Of a DNA stretch of 64,000 nt, positions 1-13,382 are shown piece after piece (positions within the stretch are counted from its first letter, which is position 1; every line of letters begins with the position of its first letter). A model generated the notes under the pieces. It was not told the DNA's origin and did no database searches. It was given only the letters and a program-made list of their open reading frames with translations. The position numbers and the translations under genes are program-made. The DNA is from Felis catus. Lineage: Eukaryota. The stretch covers positions 114,516,001 to 114,580,000 of the forward strand of contig NC_058368.1 in the NCBI RefSeq assembly GCF_018350175.1, read 5' to 3'.

Positions 1-989
1 TATCTGCCAATTAGTGATTTTCCTTCTTTAAGGAATCAATAAATACTTTCAATATTTGGGAGTTTTAAGCATTGAAAAGGCCAGGGAGAAGAAAAGGAAA
101 CTTGCTAAGCTCGAGTCTACCTGTGGATTTTATAAAAAGATCTAATTGAATAATTATTATCTTGTAAACTGAGAAGGCATCACCATTTCCTCATGGCCTG
201 CACACTCTTCTATACAAATAGACTTGGCTTCTGGTCTTGTCAAAGTTATCAGCAATCTTCATATCACTGTATCTTTGGACATATATCTTTCTGAACTTCA
301 TAGTAGCTTCCATGGAGTTGGCTACTGCCTTCTTCCTTGGCTTCAAGACACCTTCTAGTTTAGATTAGGGCTGGTACAGGCAATCCCTAAACTATAGAAC
401 CATGATGCTTCTACCTCTCTGTTGCTCCTTCTCAGTCCTCTTTGTTGGGCCTCTTCACTACCAAACCTCTAACAGATGTTGGACGAGGGTTAGGTCCTGG
501 CCCTTTTATATCTCCTCACTTTGGCCTTATGTGATTTTTTTTTTTTTCTATCTGTGAATTCAAATTTTCTGTTTTGAAAATAAGTATTGTTTATACTGAT
601 GACTCTCAAATATCTATTTCAAATCAAGACTTCTGCTCTTACTTCCAGATTTCCATATCCACATACTTCCTTGGCAGTTTCTGAGTACCTGCTACGTGTC
701 ATAGCAGTGAATAAGGGAGTGGAAGAGACAAAGAAATATGTGCTTTTAAATTCTATAAGTAAAAAATAAGAAGAATAAAAAGATAGGGAATATATTTGGG
801 TTGGAAAGCTTGTCAGGAAAGGCTTTTCTGATGGTTAACACATGTAGGGAAATGAGACTGAATTGAGGGAAAAAAATCCTGTGTTACCTATGGGAAGAAT
901 GTTCCAGGCTGAAACAACAATGCAAAGGCCCTGTAAGAATAGCAAGGCCAGTAATGGCCACATTTAGTATGGAGCATTTTTAGAAAGTT

Positions 990-2435
990 CAAAAACTAAT
1001 TGAAGCAATACTATGAACCAACTAAACCTAACAGACATTACAGAACACTGTACCCAACAACTGAACATGCATTCTTCTCAAATACACATGAAATATTCTC
1101 CAGGACAGATCATGCACTAGGTCATAAGACAAGACTCAATAAATATTAAAAGACTGAAATCATACAAAGTATGTTTTCTGACCAAAATGGATTAATCAGA
1201 AATGAGTAACAGAAAAAAAAATCTGGGAAATTCACAAATTAGGTGGAAATTAAACAACACACTCCAAAATAAACATTGGGTCAAAGAAGATCTCAAGAGA
1301 AATTAGAAAATACTTTTGGATGAATAAAAATGAAGACACAACATACCAAAATTTAGTTAAGGATACAGCTAAAGTAGTGCTTAGGTGAAACTTTACAGTT
1401 ATAAAGGCCTGTAACAGAAAAAAAGGAATGATCTCAAGACGATGACCTAACCTTCCATCAAAAAGGAAACTAAATCCAAACCAAGCAGAAGCAAGGAAAT
1501 AAAGATTAGAACAAAAACTTAATGAAGTAAAGAACAGAAAAGAGAAAACAACAGAACCAAAAGTTGATTTTTTGAAAAGATCAACAAAATTGATAAACTT
1601 TTACCTAGATTGACCAAGAAAAAAAAAGAGAAAAGACTCAAATTACTAAAATTAGGAATGAAAGAATGGACAGTACTAGCAATTATAATAAAAAAGATTA
1701 TACAGGGATACTATGAACAACTACATACCAATGAATGAGAAAACTTAGATTAAATGGGCAAATTCCTAAAAAGACTGAAACTAACAAAGAAGGAATAGAA
1801 AATCTGACTAGACCTACAAAAAGTAAAAATTGAATTAGTAATTTTAAAACTTCCCACAAAGAAAAGCCCAGGTCCCGATGGCTTCACTGGTGAATTTGGC
1901 CTAACATTAAAAAAAAAAAAAAAAAAAAAAAAAACTCCAATTCTACACACACTCTTCCAGAAAACTGAAAAAGAGTGAATTCTTTCCAAATGATGACATT
2001 ACACTGATACCAATATTACAGACATTACAGGGAAAACAAAACAGTAAAGATCAGAATCTGTCATGAGCATGGACTCAAAAATTCTCAGTAAAATTTCAGT
2101 AAATCAAATCCAACAACATGTAAAAAGGATAATACATCATGACTAAGTAAGGATATCACCTGCATGAGAGGTTGTTTAACATTCTAAGATCAATGTAATT
2201 AACCATATTAATAAGTTAAAAAAAACTCCTAAGATCATCTCAATAGATGCAGAAAAAACATTTGACAGAATATTTTCTCTTCCTGCTAAAATCTCTCAGC
2301 AAACTAAGAATAGAAAGGAACTTCCTCAGCCTAATAAAGGGCATCTTAAGAAACCCATAACTAACAATACTCAACAGAGAAAAACTGGATGCTTTTCCCG
2401 TAAGACCAGGTACAAGGCAAAGTGTTCTCAACAAT
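990..2435 (+). mobile_element. Degenerate LINE-1 ORF2 fragment (endonuclease to RT region)
   Basis: A-rich strand with L1 ORF2 hallmarks (e.g. AAAAGCCCAGGTCCCGATGGCTTCACTGGTGAATT, TCAATAGATGCAGAAAAAACATTTGAC) and many stops/frameshifts. Confidence 0.9.
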
Positions 2436-2569
2436 TTCTGATTGCAAAGGAATCCTGATACCAAAAAAATTGTGAAGTCTTCATCTAGGAGCAAGGGGGA
2501 AATGATAATACAGGAAGGAAAAAGAGCAGATTACTGCAGAAACAGTCAAGAGGAGATGCTTCCATGTGA

Positions 2570-3090
2570 CTCAGGTTTTTGCAAAATCTTTACAATGGCC
2601 TACAAGGCCCTATGTGACCTGTCCTTCTTACTACCTACACTCTGTCCCACTGCGCACCTGCTAATTTTGCTCCAGCCATACTGGCTTCTTGGTATTCCAC
2701 AGAGATGCCAAGCACATTCCCACTTCAAAAGCATTGCACTTGCTTTTCCTTCTGCCTAGAATAACTCATCCCTCCTGATACCTGTTTGTTTGGTACCCTC
2801 ACCTGCTTCAGATGTCTGCTAAAACATCGCTCTCAGGTCTTTTCTAATCTATGAAACCTATCAAAAATATCAACTCCCACTCTACTCTAGCCCAATCCAG
2901 GTACTCCCTATTCTCTTTACCCTGCATTTTTACCACAGTCTTTAACCATCTGTCATATTATAAATGTATTTGTTTATTTATCTGTTTCCTCCTGACTAGA
3001 ATGTAAACTCCATGAGAGCACAGACTTTGCTGAGTTGTTGTGTTCACTATTGTATCCCCAGTGTTACCAAATGAATGAATCAATCAATCA
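2570..3090. mobile_element. L2 3' relic (further pieces at about 300-700, 3450-4000, 4800-4950)
   Basis: gactagaatgtaaactccatgagagcacagac...tgtatccccagtg...aatgaatgaat terminus. Confidence 0.7.
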
Positions 3091-4299
3091 ACAGGTAGAA
3101 GTGCAGAGGGGGAGGTAGCTTCAGATAGGGGGAGGGACACTTCATGCAGGATGACAAGAGGGATGGTATATTATATGGGTATGATTGCTTCTGTTTTCCC
3201 TTTGAAACGGAAACACTTCAAACTTGTTTTTTTAATGTTTATTTTTGAGAGAGAATGTGTGAGACAGAACACGGGTGTCATGGGGGGGGGCATGCAAAGG
3301 GAGAGAAGGGGAGAGAGGATCTGAAGTGGGCTCTGTGCTGACAGTAAAGACCCCAACACAGGGCTCAAAATCACCAACCGTGAGATCATGACCTGAGCCG
3401 AAGTCAGACGCTTAAGTGACTGAGCCGTCCATGAGCCCCCAAAACACTTCAAATTTAACGTGTATAAATCATCCTTGATCCTATCCTTCCTTCACAGCCT
3501 ATATGCAACCCACCAAGTCCTGTCTACTCTGTATCCAAAATAGCTTTTGAATTTATCCATTTGTCTCTGTAGCCACCACCGTAGTCCAGGCTACCACCAA
3601 CTTTCCCTGAAGCTACTGAAATAGCTTCCTGTCCTACTTGTACCTGCTTTCATTTCTTTTCCCACCTCCTTCCAACTCTTAATCCTCTCTAATCCATTCT
3701 TCATCGAGCAACAGGGCAGTCTTCACAAAATAAACCACATCATATTATTCCTCTGCTTAATATCCCCCAATAGCTTGCCAATGCACTAAGAATAAAATCC
3801 ACACACTTACCATAGCCCTAAGGCCCTGTATCGTCTGTCTCTTGCTTACCTGCTATCCCACTTCAGGCAAATGTCACCCTCTTTCACACTGGCTTCTCAA
3901 TTCCTTGCACACACCAAGATCTATTCAACCTTGGGAACTTTGCACCTACAATATGCTCCTCATGGAATCCTCCTGTCTCTAGTCAGGTCATGTATGGTTC
4001 CTGTACAACTAGAGTGACCAACTCATTCAAATCTGTCTATGATTTTCCCACTTCTGGCACTGAAAGGCTCAGGTTGTAGGAGCCTCCTCAATGGCAGGCA
4101 AACTGGGACAGTTTATCAATATGTTCTCGACTAAATATCTCCTACTCAAGGAGGCCTTTCCTATTTATTCCCATTAAAAGATTCCCTTCAATTAGTGTTT
4201 ATTTCAGTCCCCATTTCGTTACCTTCTTTACACTTGAACAATTGCAATAATTAAATCATTTTGTCTGTTATGGCAGTCATTTGCAATTTGGCTAAAATT

Positions 4300-4790
4300 G
4301 GAGATTTGGTAAAATCTCAAATTAGATGGGAGGCAGTCCTGCATCCTGATAAGAAGGCCGAAGGGAGACAGGTATTCCTTTTTCCATTCTTTTATAGTCA
4401 ACCGGATATTCCTGACTGCATTTTGAAACTTGAGGAATAACACAAAAAAAGCAAAGGGTTGGTTGAGACTTTTTTTTATGGTTGCAGCATCACAGTTGAG
4501 AATATAGTGGGTGGCAGCAAATGTCCCTGAGCAAGAGTCTAGCATCAGGTGGGATTACATCATGGGGCAGGGGGTTCAGTAATGGTGACATTAAGTGTCC
4601 AGGCAGCTGGTGGTAATGTCCTGAGAACAATGACCCCATAGCAGCACTGTGGCCAGGCCTTACCTTGTTTTCCAGCCTTCCTAGCAATTCTGAGCTCCTC
4701 AATACCCTCCAGAAAAATCACTTTTCTGCCTAAGGTAAGTAGTAATCAGTTTCTTTTAATTGCAACCAAGAATTCTAACTAGAACATGCA
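4300..4790 (+). mobile_element. MaLR (MLT1-like) LTR relic
   Basis: Typical MLT1 3' end: ttttctgcctaagg...tttc...ttgcaaccaagaattctaact. Confidence 0.55.
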
Positions 4791-5749
4791 TTACCCTGAC
4801 AAACGTGTGTTTGTTGTTGTTGATATCCCTTTGACAAGAATACGAACTCCAAGAGACCATAAACCTAGTATGTATTATTATTGTATCACCAGTGACTAAC
4901 ATGGTATCTGACACTTAATAGGTACTCAATAAATATTTTTTAAATGAATGAATCAAAAATCACTGAGGTTACACAAATCTCCTTATTCTATCAGGTATCT
5001 ATTTCCATTTAGCATCAAGAATGTAAACCCCAAACAAACATCCCTATGCCTTTTCTATTCTAAAACCTACTGCTATGCATATTCTTATATAGTGTGCCCT
5101 GAACTGAAAATGATGTTATATGAGTCACAATACATTAAAATGAGCACTTAAAGGGAATTATTATTTTTTAAAGACAAAATAAATATCTCACAGCCATATG
5201 CTACTCTTCCATGTAAATAAACATACTCTCCAGAGTATTTCCTAGGGTCCGTCTATTTTAAATCCATTCTTCCATACTGTCTATATTATACAATTCACAA
5301 TGATGTTTCAAAGACAAGAAAAATTTCTGTTATGTTCACTGTACTTATTTCATAAAAGCAGATTAAACACATTAGATAAATTTTCAACAATAAAATTGAA
5401 AACAAAAAATTTTCTCTTTAATCAACATTAAATTTAATTCCCTAAGTTAATACTAGTTGAGATTTGACTATTTTAGCTACATTTTGCAAACATGAAGACT
5501 AATATATATTTCTAAGAGCACCACTAAATGTTCACTCTATATTGCTCTTTGTTTTTCTCCAGAAGGCCTAGGAACCTTTCCCCATGCTAACTATGCCTAA
5601 ACTTGCTGTTTTTCCACAGATCTACCCTCCATTACCAGTTAGCCCTCAATAATGTTTGTTTCAGGAAGGTCAACATCAATTCTCTCAATACCCACCCTGT
5701 CTCCTTCAGATCATATCTTGGTTCTGCTGTTTTCCTACAAACCAATGCC

Positions 5750-6342
5750 ATTCGCTTGGAAGCTTTGTTAAAACAGACTGCTGGGCCCCACCCTTACAGT
5801 TTTTTGATTCAAAGTTTCTGGGATAGGGCCCCCAAATTTGCACTGCTAAGAAATTCCTACCTGACACTGATGCTACTGCTCCAGGGACCATATGTTTAGA
5901 AGATTCTAGATCTGCACTACCCATTATAGTAACACTAGCCACACATGGTTGTCTGCATTAATTAAAACTCAACAAAATTATGGGGCACCTGGGTGGCTTG
6001 GTCGGTTAAGTGTCTGACTTCAGCTCAGGTCATGATCTCGCAGTTCGTGAGTTCGGGTCCCGCGTGGGGCTCTGTGATGACAGCTCGGAGCCTACAGCCT
6101 GCTTTGGATTCTGTGTCTTCCTCTCTCTCTGCCCCTAACCTACTCACATTCTGTCTCTGTCTCTCTCAAAAATAAACATTTAAAAAAAATTTTTTTTAAA
6201 AACTCAACAAAATTAAAAATTCAGTGTCTCAGTTGCACTAGCCACATTTTAAGTGCTCAAAACGCACATAGGGCTACTGTATTGGACAGATATAAAGCAT
6301 TTCCATCATCTCAGGAAGTTTTACAGAACAGCAGTGTTCTAG
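5750..6342. mobile_element. hAT DNA-transposon relics: MER5A-like (5750-5905) and MER3-like (5908-6342, split by the SINE at 5982-6200)
   Basis: Recognised consensus fragments (ctgggccccaccc...gatgctactgctccagggaccata; gcactagccacattttaagtgctcaa...catttccatcat). Confidence 0.7.
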
Positions 6343-7114
6343 ATAATTGATTCACCATCCTCCTGAACACTTCAGTTCATTCAAACTGTGACTATTCAAC
6401 CTTACCAACCCTACTCAAAAAGCAAATGTCATTACTATGTGTTCCTGGGACAACTTTCACCTTCCAGGTATCTTCATAAAAGACACCAAATACTGCTAGA
6501 AACATCAGCTCAGGAGTCAGGCAGATCTCACCTTAAATCCTGACACTGCCAATGGCTAATTTTGTGACCTTGGGTAAGAGCCTTTATCCCATGGCCAGAT
6601 GTTCTCCTCCTAAGATAAGACTAAAGAAAGAACAAAAGGGAGAAAAGAAAGAAAATAAAGGGGCATCACACTCATATTTCAGGACTGACATGAAAATTAA
6701 ATGCAATGACGGATATAAACTGTTCAGCACACAATGCCCAGTACACTCTAAGTAGTCAATAAATGGGACCTACTATTATTACCTGGCTCTCATTTTTCTT
6801 TTCCAGTCTAGTCTCTGTTACACCAACAATACTAAAATCCCTATTTCTTCTCTCCTCAAACTCACAGTGTTCTGAAAACTGAAAACCCTTTGGACAGTGA
6901 CTTCACAACTCCTCAATAGTTGCACCAAGCTTCTCCTGCATTCCACATTAGCCTCTTGACAAAGAGGGACCAAAAAAAAAAAAAGACAAAACAAAAAGAA
7001 AAAGATCTGCAACTATCCTCTATTACTCTACTATCAAGAATTCAAACTTGGCATGCTCTCAAACTGACTAAACTTTCCCCTAGTTCTCAAAGCTTTCTAA
7101 ACTAGGCACTTCTT

Positions 7115-7348
7115 CTTTTTTTTTTTTTTAATTTTTTTTTTTTCAACGTTTATTTATTTTTTTGGGACAGAGAGAGATAGAGCATGAACGGGGGAGGGGC
7201 AGAGAGAGAGGGAGACACAGAATTGGAAACAGGCTCCAGGCTCCGAGCCATCAGCCCAGAGCCTGACGCGGGGCTCGAACTCACGGACCGCGAGATCATG
7301 ACCTGGCTGAAGTCGGACGCTTAACCGACTGCGCCACCCAGGCGCCCC
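7115..7348 (-). mobile_element. Young felid SINEC_Fc-type SINE with 17-bp TSD
   Basis: Head GGGGCGCCTGGGTGGCGCAGTCGG, CT tract, A tail. TSD TAAACTAGGCACTTCTT at 7098-7114 and 7349-7365. Confidence 0.95.
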
Positions 7349-8279
7349 TAAACTAGGCACTTCTTGCTCCTCAGCAACTTTCAACCACATTACTGTTTTT
7401 ACTTTACTGAGTCTACTCAGTGAGACATTTGGCTCCTTATCCAGGCTTTGATTCATCATCTTCTACTTCTCTGCTACCTTCACCATCACCTAGACTAACT
7501 CAACCCCTTTTTCATCTGCCATTAGCACCCTACAGCCCTCTCTTAATCATCTCTGGAGTTCCAAAGTCCCCAGTCTTGCTTCTAGGCAACAGCACACTAT
7601 GCCATGTAGGTCTATCATATAAAACAGCACAAATATCATTTTATTAGCCTTTTAATAATTCCCTTCTGTGGTTTCCGAAAGTTGATTATAACCTTCTCTA
7701 AATTCTTCATGACTGTCACGTAACACTCACCACTGAGTCATGAGATTACTGCAACTTTCACTTCACTTAGGACATCAAGGCTATTGAGCATCCCTTCTCC
7801 ATCAATCTTTATAATTCCACATATTTTGGCCCTTACACTATAGTAATTAAGCACTCATACTACACTACAATAATTAAACATTAGTACTTGAGCAAGTATT
7901 GTTCTAACTGCTTTATGTACAATTAACTCATTTAATCATCACAACAACCCGATGAAATAGTTACCCAAAATTTTTCTTTTTTATAGATTAAGAAACTAAA
8001 GCATAGGGAAATCATATAAGTGTACCCATATTGTTAAAGAATCAAGCTATGGAACCCAGAAAGTCAGGATCCAAAGTCTGTTACTTTCTAGACCAATATG
8101 TTCCACTAACTCCCACACTCTTGACTTTTCCCTATAATCCCAGATAATCTCAGATAATCTCAAAGTTGCTCTTCAATAGTGATCAGATAGGGTTAGCCTC
8201 AGCTGTTACAGGTTGTTGTTATTTTTTTTTAAGAAGAATATATTCAGGTATAATTTGTGGAATAAAAAATATTTAAAAT

Positions 8280-8787
8280 GATTTACTACAAAGCTACAGT
8301 AATCAAAACTATGGTACTGCTATAAAGATACACATATGGACCAATGGAATGGAATAGAGTCCAGAAATAAATCATCATGCATATGGTCGAATGATTTTTT
8401 TTTTTCAACGTTTATTTATTTTGGGGACAGAGAGAGACAGAGCATGAACGGGGGAGGGGCAGAGAGAGAGGGAGACACAGAATCGGAAACAGGCTCCAGG
8501 CTCTGAGCCATCAGCCCAGAGCCTGACACGGGGCTCGAACTCCCGGACCGCGAGATTGTGACCTGGCTGAAGTCGGACGCTTAACCGACTGCGCCACCCA
8601 GGCGCCCCTGGTCGAATGATTTTTGACAAGGGAGCCAAGACCATTCAACAAGGAAAAGACAGTCTTTTCAACAAATGGTGCTGGGATAACTGAATATTCA
8701 CATGCAAAATAATGAAATTGGACCCTTACCTATCACTACACACAAAAATTAAATCAAAATGGACCAAGACCCAAATTTAAGAGCTAT
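8280..8787 (+). mobile_element. L1 ORF2 3' fragment split by a young SINE; a further piece lies at about 9760-10290
   Basis: TACAAAGCTACAGTAATCAAAAC, GTCTTTTCAACAAATGGTGCTGGGATAACTG. Confidence 0.85.
8400..8608 (-). mobile_element. Young SINEC_Fc-type SINE inserted in L1, 16-bp TSD
   Basis: TSD TGGTCGAATGATTTTT at 8384 and 8609. Confidence 0.95.
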
Positions 8788-9146
8788 GGAGCACCTGGGT
8801 GTCTTAGTTGGTTAAGCTTCCAACTCTTGATTTCTTTTTTTTTTTAATTTTTTTTTTTTAACGTTTATTTATTTTTCAGACAGGGAGAGACAGAGCATGA
8901 ACAGGGGAGGGTCAGAGAGAGGGAGACACAGAATCTGAAGCAGGCTCCAGGCTCTGAGCTGTCAGCACAGAGCCCGACGCGGGGCTCGAACTCACGGACC
9001 ATGACCTGAGCCGAAGTCGGCCGCTTAACCGACTGAGCCACCCAGGCGCCCCTCCAACTCTTGATTTCAGCTCAGGTCATGACCTCATGGTTCCTGGGTT
9101 TGAGCCCTACATCAGGCTCTGTGCTGACAGTACGGAAGCTGCTTAG
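8788..9146. mobile_element. Nested SINEs: a - strand SINE (8835-9052) inside an older + strand SINE
   Basis: TSD TCCAACTCTTGATTTC on both sides; the host SINE resumes at 9069. Confidence 0.9.
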
Positions 9147-9558
9147 GAGCAGAAAGCAATATACTGGCTCAGTATATGGCCAATAAGCCACAGGCTTCAG
9201 GTATGCCTCCCACTGACATGAGGAGGATAAAAGACAAATGGATATATTGTAAAATACCTGAAAAATCATGCTAGGTATGTTCCATCCATTACTATTATCC
9301 TGGAGCCATCATTTACACCAAGTTACATTGATGGTGAGGTACTCAAACTACTAACTGGAACCTTCTCACCCAGCAGTAATAAGAATCCCATAGTTACCTG
9401 ATATCCTATCGGGTAGCCCTTAGAGTTTAGAGATCATGTCTTCTTGATTTCTGCAGACCTACTACTTAGTAAGTGGCTGAAACCCAGTATATACACAACA
9501 TTGTTAATTCAAGAATGAAGGAATATGGAAAATGCAAAGATACTGGGGAGCATTTTAC

Positions 9559-9717
9559 CTTGATCTCTTCTTGATCTTCCAGAGAAAACTCCATCAATTC
9601 ATTTGAAATCTCCTCTGCCTGGTGTTCTTCTAGTTCTGAATTTTTATCCAATTTTTGAAGTGTAGTAATGGGACTGCCCAGATATTTCATTTCTCCTTCC
9701 ACCAACTTTCCATTGTC
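9559..9717 (-). CDS. CDC25C: CDC25C coding exon ([19 protein letters not shown]...[13 protein letters not shown]); remaining exons lie beyond position 1
   Basis: gacAG|...|GTAAAA, 159 nt, phase 0-0. Contains LGSP and the NES-like LMEFSL. No later CDC25C exon recognised in 1-9558. Confidence 0.95.
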
Positions 9718-11198
9718 CTGTCAATTATATTGACAATATTAAAAACTATTCAGAACCCTTACGTTATACTATATACAAAAATTAACTCAAAATGAAGCAA
9801 AGATTTGAAAGCTAGAATTATAAAACTCTTATAAGAAAACAGTGGGAAATGTTCATGACATTGGATTTGGCAATGATTTTGTGAATATGACAGAAGCATA
9901 GGCAATAAAAGAAAAAATGGACAAATTGGACTTAACAAAATTAAAAAGTTTTGTGCATCAAAAATACCACCAAGAAAGTAAAAAGACAACCCACCAAATG
10001 GGAGAAAATAGCGACAAATCATACATTTGATGAGGTATTAATATCCAGAATATATATATAAAAACTCATATAGCTCAACACCAAAAAACCAAATAGAATG
10101 AAAAATGGTGTAGCTGCCATGGATAACAGTATGGCAGCTTCCCTCCAAATTGAATATAGAATTATCTTATAATCCACCAATTCCATTTCTGGGTATATAC
10201 CCTCAAAAAATGACAGCAAGGATTTGAACAGATATTTCTACATCAATGTTCATAGCAGCATTATTTGTAATAGTCAAAGGTGAAAACAACCTGGGCACCT
10301 GGGTGGCTCAATTGGTTAAGTGTCCAACTCTTGATTTTGGCTCACATCATGATCTCATGGTTTATGACTTTGAGCCCAACATCAGACTCTGTGCTGGCAT
10401 CACAGAACCTACTTGGGATTCTCTGTCTCCCTATCTCTCTGCCCCTCCCCTGCTCTCTCTCTGAAAACAAACAAACAAGCAAACATTAAAAAAATAAATA
10501 AATAAAGCTTTAAAAAAAAAGAAGAAGACTACCCAGTAATTTACCAGGCTCCAAGTCTTCCTCTTCTCCAAGAAATCAAATATCCGAAACACGGTCAACT
10601 TAATCTACTTAGGATGTGCTGTGTTAAAAAGATTTTTCCCTAAGATTGAGATTAGACCCCAAATCCCTGGAATATCTTGAACCCACTGTCTATTAAAAGC
10701 AAGTGAATGCTTGGGTAACTTAAGACTCCAGTATCTAAATGGACAAAGGCACAATCATTTACTAGCAAAATGTGCATAGCTAATATTCACATGAAATCAC
10801 TACTAATTGTTTTTAACATAAAACATTTATCAATCTAACTGGCAGTTAAAAAAATAAACATTTATCAAAAGAGCTATTGATTATTCATGAATTATGGAAA
10901 TTCATAACTTTTTTTGAAAGGAATCTGGAAATATGTATCACAAATCTTAAAAATATATCCTTTAGCCTGGTAGTTATAATTCTTGGTACCAATCCTAAAG
11001 AAAAAATTTTGAAGTGTAGGCAAAGATTTATGCTCAAGACCTTACATAATAACATTATTTGTAAAAGCAAAATTGGGACCACTAAGTGTCCAAAAATAGG
11101 GAACTATGTAAATTGTGGTCCATTTGTTAGGGTAAAAGCATCCAACAAAGAATAATGTTTACTAGAAGTTTCAATATTAACTTTAAAAAAGCAGGATT

Positions 11199-12027
11199 GG
11201 GGCACCTGGGTGGCTCAGTCCGTTGAGCGTCCGACTTCGCTCAGGTCATGATCTCACGGTCTGTGCGTTCGAGCCCCGCATCAGGCTCTGTGCTGACAGC
11301 TCAGAGCCTGGAGCCCATTTCAGATTCTGTGTCTCCCTCTCTCTGCCCCTCCCCTGTTCATGCTCTGTCTCTCTCTGTCTCAAAAATAAATAAACATTAA
11401 AAAAAAATTTTTTTTTAAATAAATAAAAAATAAAAATAAAAAAAAAATCAAAAAGCAGGATATAGGGGCGCCTGGGTGGCTCAGTCGGTTAAGCGTCCTA
11501 CTTCAGCTCAGGTCACGATCTCACGGTCCGTGAGTTAGAGCCCCGCGTCGGGCTCTGGGCTGATGGCTCAGAGCCTGGAGCATGCTTCCGATTCTGTGTC
11601 TCCCTCTCTCTCTCTCTCCCCCTCCCCCATTCATGCTCTGTCTCTCTCTGTCTCAAAAATAAACGTTAAAAAAAAATATCTTAAAAAAGCAGGATATAAA
11701 GTTATATATACGGGGCACCTGTGTGGCTCAGTTAAGCACCTGACTCTTGATTTCAGCTCAGGTAATAATCTCACAGTTCGTCAGATAGAGCCCCGCATCA
11801 CGTTCTGCACTGTCAGATAATCTTGGGGTTCTCTCTCTGCCCCTCCCCCAACTCTCTCAAAAATAAATAAACTTAAAAAAAAAGGAATCTCTTTAAAAAA
11901 ATGCTATATGTATGTAATTAATATGACTTCCACTCTAAAATTATATACATAGTTAAAAGACTAAAAATGAGGTAAAATGTTAATAGTTTTTCTCTATGAG
12001 GTAACTATTTTCTTTTTTATATTCCCT

Positions 12028-12091
<64 letters not shown>

Positions 12092-13092
12092 TATATATTT
12101 TTTAAGTTTATTTATTTATTTTGAGAGAGAGAGAGAACACAAGGCAAAGAGGAACAGAGAGAGAAGGACAGAGAGAGGATCCCAAGCAAGCTTTGTACTG
12201 TTAGCAGAGTCTGGTGCAGATCTTGAACTCACAAACCGTGAGATCATGACCTGAGCTGAAATCAAGAGTTGGACGCATAACTGACTGAGCCACCCAGGAA
12301 CCCCTATATTTGCTATATTTTTAAACCATCTTCACAATGGGCACATAGTACTTTTAAAATTAGGGTGGGAGGAATCACATAAATAATAAAATAGAAAAAA
12401 TTAACAAAAAACCTTTTTTTTTTAAATTTTTTTTTTCGACGTTTATTTATTTTTGGGACAGAGAGAGACAGAGCATGAACGGGGGAGGGGCAGAGAGAGA
12501 GGGAGACACAGAATCGGAAACAGGCTCCAGGCTCTGAGCCATCAGCCCAGAGCCCGACACGGGGCTCGAACTCTCCGACCGCGAGATCGTGACCTGGCTG
12601 AAGTCGGACGCTTAACCGACTGCGCCACCCAGGCGCCCCCAAAAAACCTTTTTTAACACTTATTTATTTTTGAGAAGGGGGGGAAGGGCAGAGAGAGGAG
12701 ACAGAGGATCCAAAGCAGGCTCTGTGGTGACAGCAGAGAGCCCAATAAGGGGCTTGAACTCACCAACCACAAGATCATGACCTAAGCTAAAGTCAGATGC
12801 TTAACTGACTGAGCCACCCAGGGGACCCCAAAATAGAACAACTTTAAAGGCCTAAGAATTTTTTTATGTTTTTTTGCTTTGTTTTGTTTTGTTTTCATAT
12901 TTGAGAGAGAGACAGACAAAGAGCGAGTAGGGGAGGGGCAGAAAGACAGAGACAGATTCCAAAGCAGGCTCCAGGCTCCGAGCTGTCAGCACAGAGCCAG
13001 ACGCGGAGGTCCAACTCAAAAAATGTGAAATCATGACGTAAGTGGAACTCGGAAGCTTAACCACTTAACCGACTGAACCACCCAGGCGCCCC
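11199..13092. mobile_element. SINE cluster: three tandem + copies (11199-11885), a (TA)n(CA)n tract, then four - copies (12097-13092)
   Basis: Repeated SINE heads, CT tracts and A tails. Confidence 0.92.
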
Positions 13093-13283
13093 CTAAAGGC
13101 CTAAGAATTTTCTAACAAATAAAAACGTCAGAGGATGTCTCTTACTTTTCCCAGAGTTACTTCTCCAACCACTTTTCTCACCTAAGCCAGCTTAGAAAAA
13201 TTGAAAGGGTTGTAATGCAGATCTGCCATCCTATAATCCACAACACCTCAGCAGACCCTTGATGAGGATGTTCAGTGACTCAC

Positions 13284-13382
13284 CAGTAGAGAAAGGGGAG
13301 ACATGTAAGGCTCCCCTGGTGTCTTTTGAAACTTCAGGCTCCTGGATGCCCACCACTCGGAGGACTTCAAAGTGTTATTCTT
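13284..13382 (-). CDS. CDC25C: CDC25C additional/cassette coding exon ([33 protein letters not shown])
   Basis: Acceptor tttttcttatgcAG, donor CTG|GTGAGT. 99 nt, phase 0-0, stop-free. Resembles the segment after KEN in rodent Cdc25c as recalled. Confidence 0.8.

Noticed and set aside
990..2435. Active L1 or domesticated reverse transcriptase
   Set aside because: Fragmentary, with many stops and frameshifts.
5982..6065. tRNA-like A/B-box sequences
   Set aside because: Heads of tRNA-derived SINEs followed by a CT tract and A tail; not tRNA genes.
7154..7459. Recurrent ORFs containing [19 protein letters not shown]... or AQVMISRFVSSSP...
   Set aside because: Translations of SINE copies, not a gene family.
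1..9558. Further CDC25C exons (S216 region, catalytic domain)
   Set aside because: No matching coding sequence seen; the stretch is repeat-rich intron.
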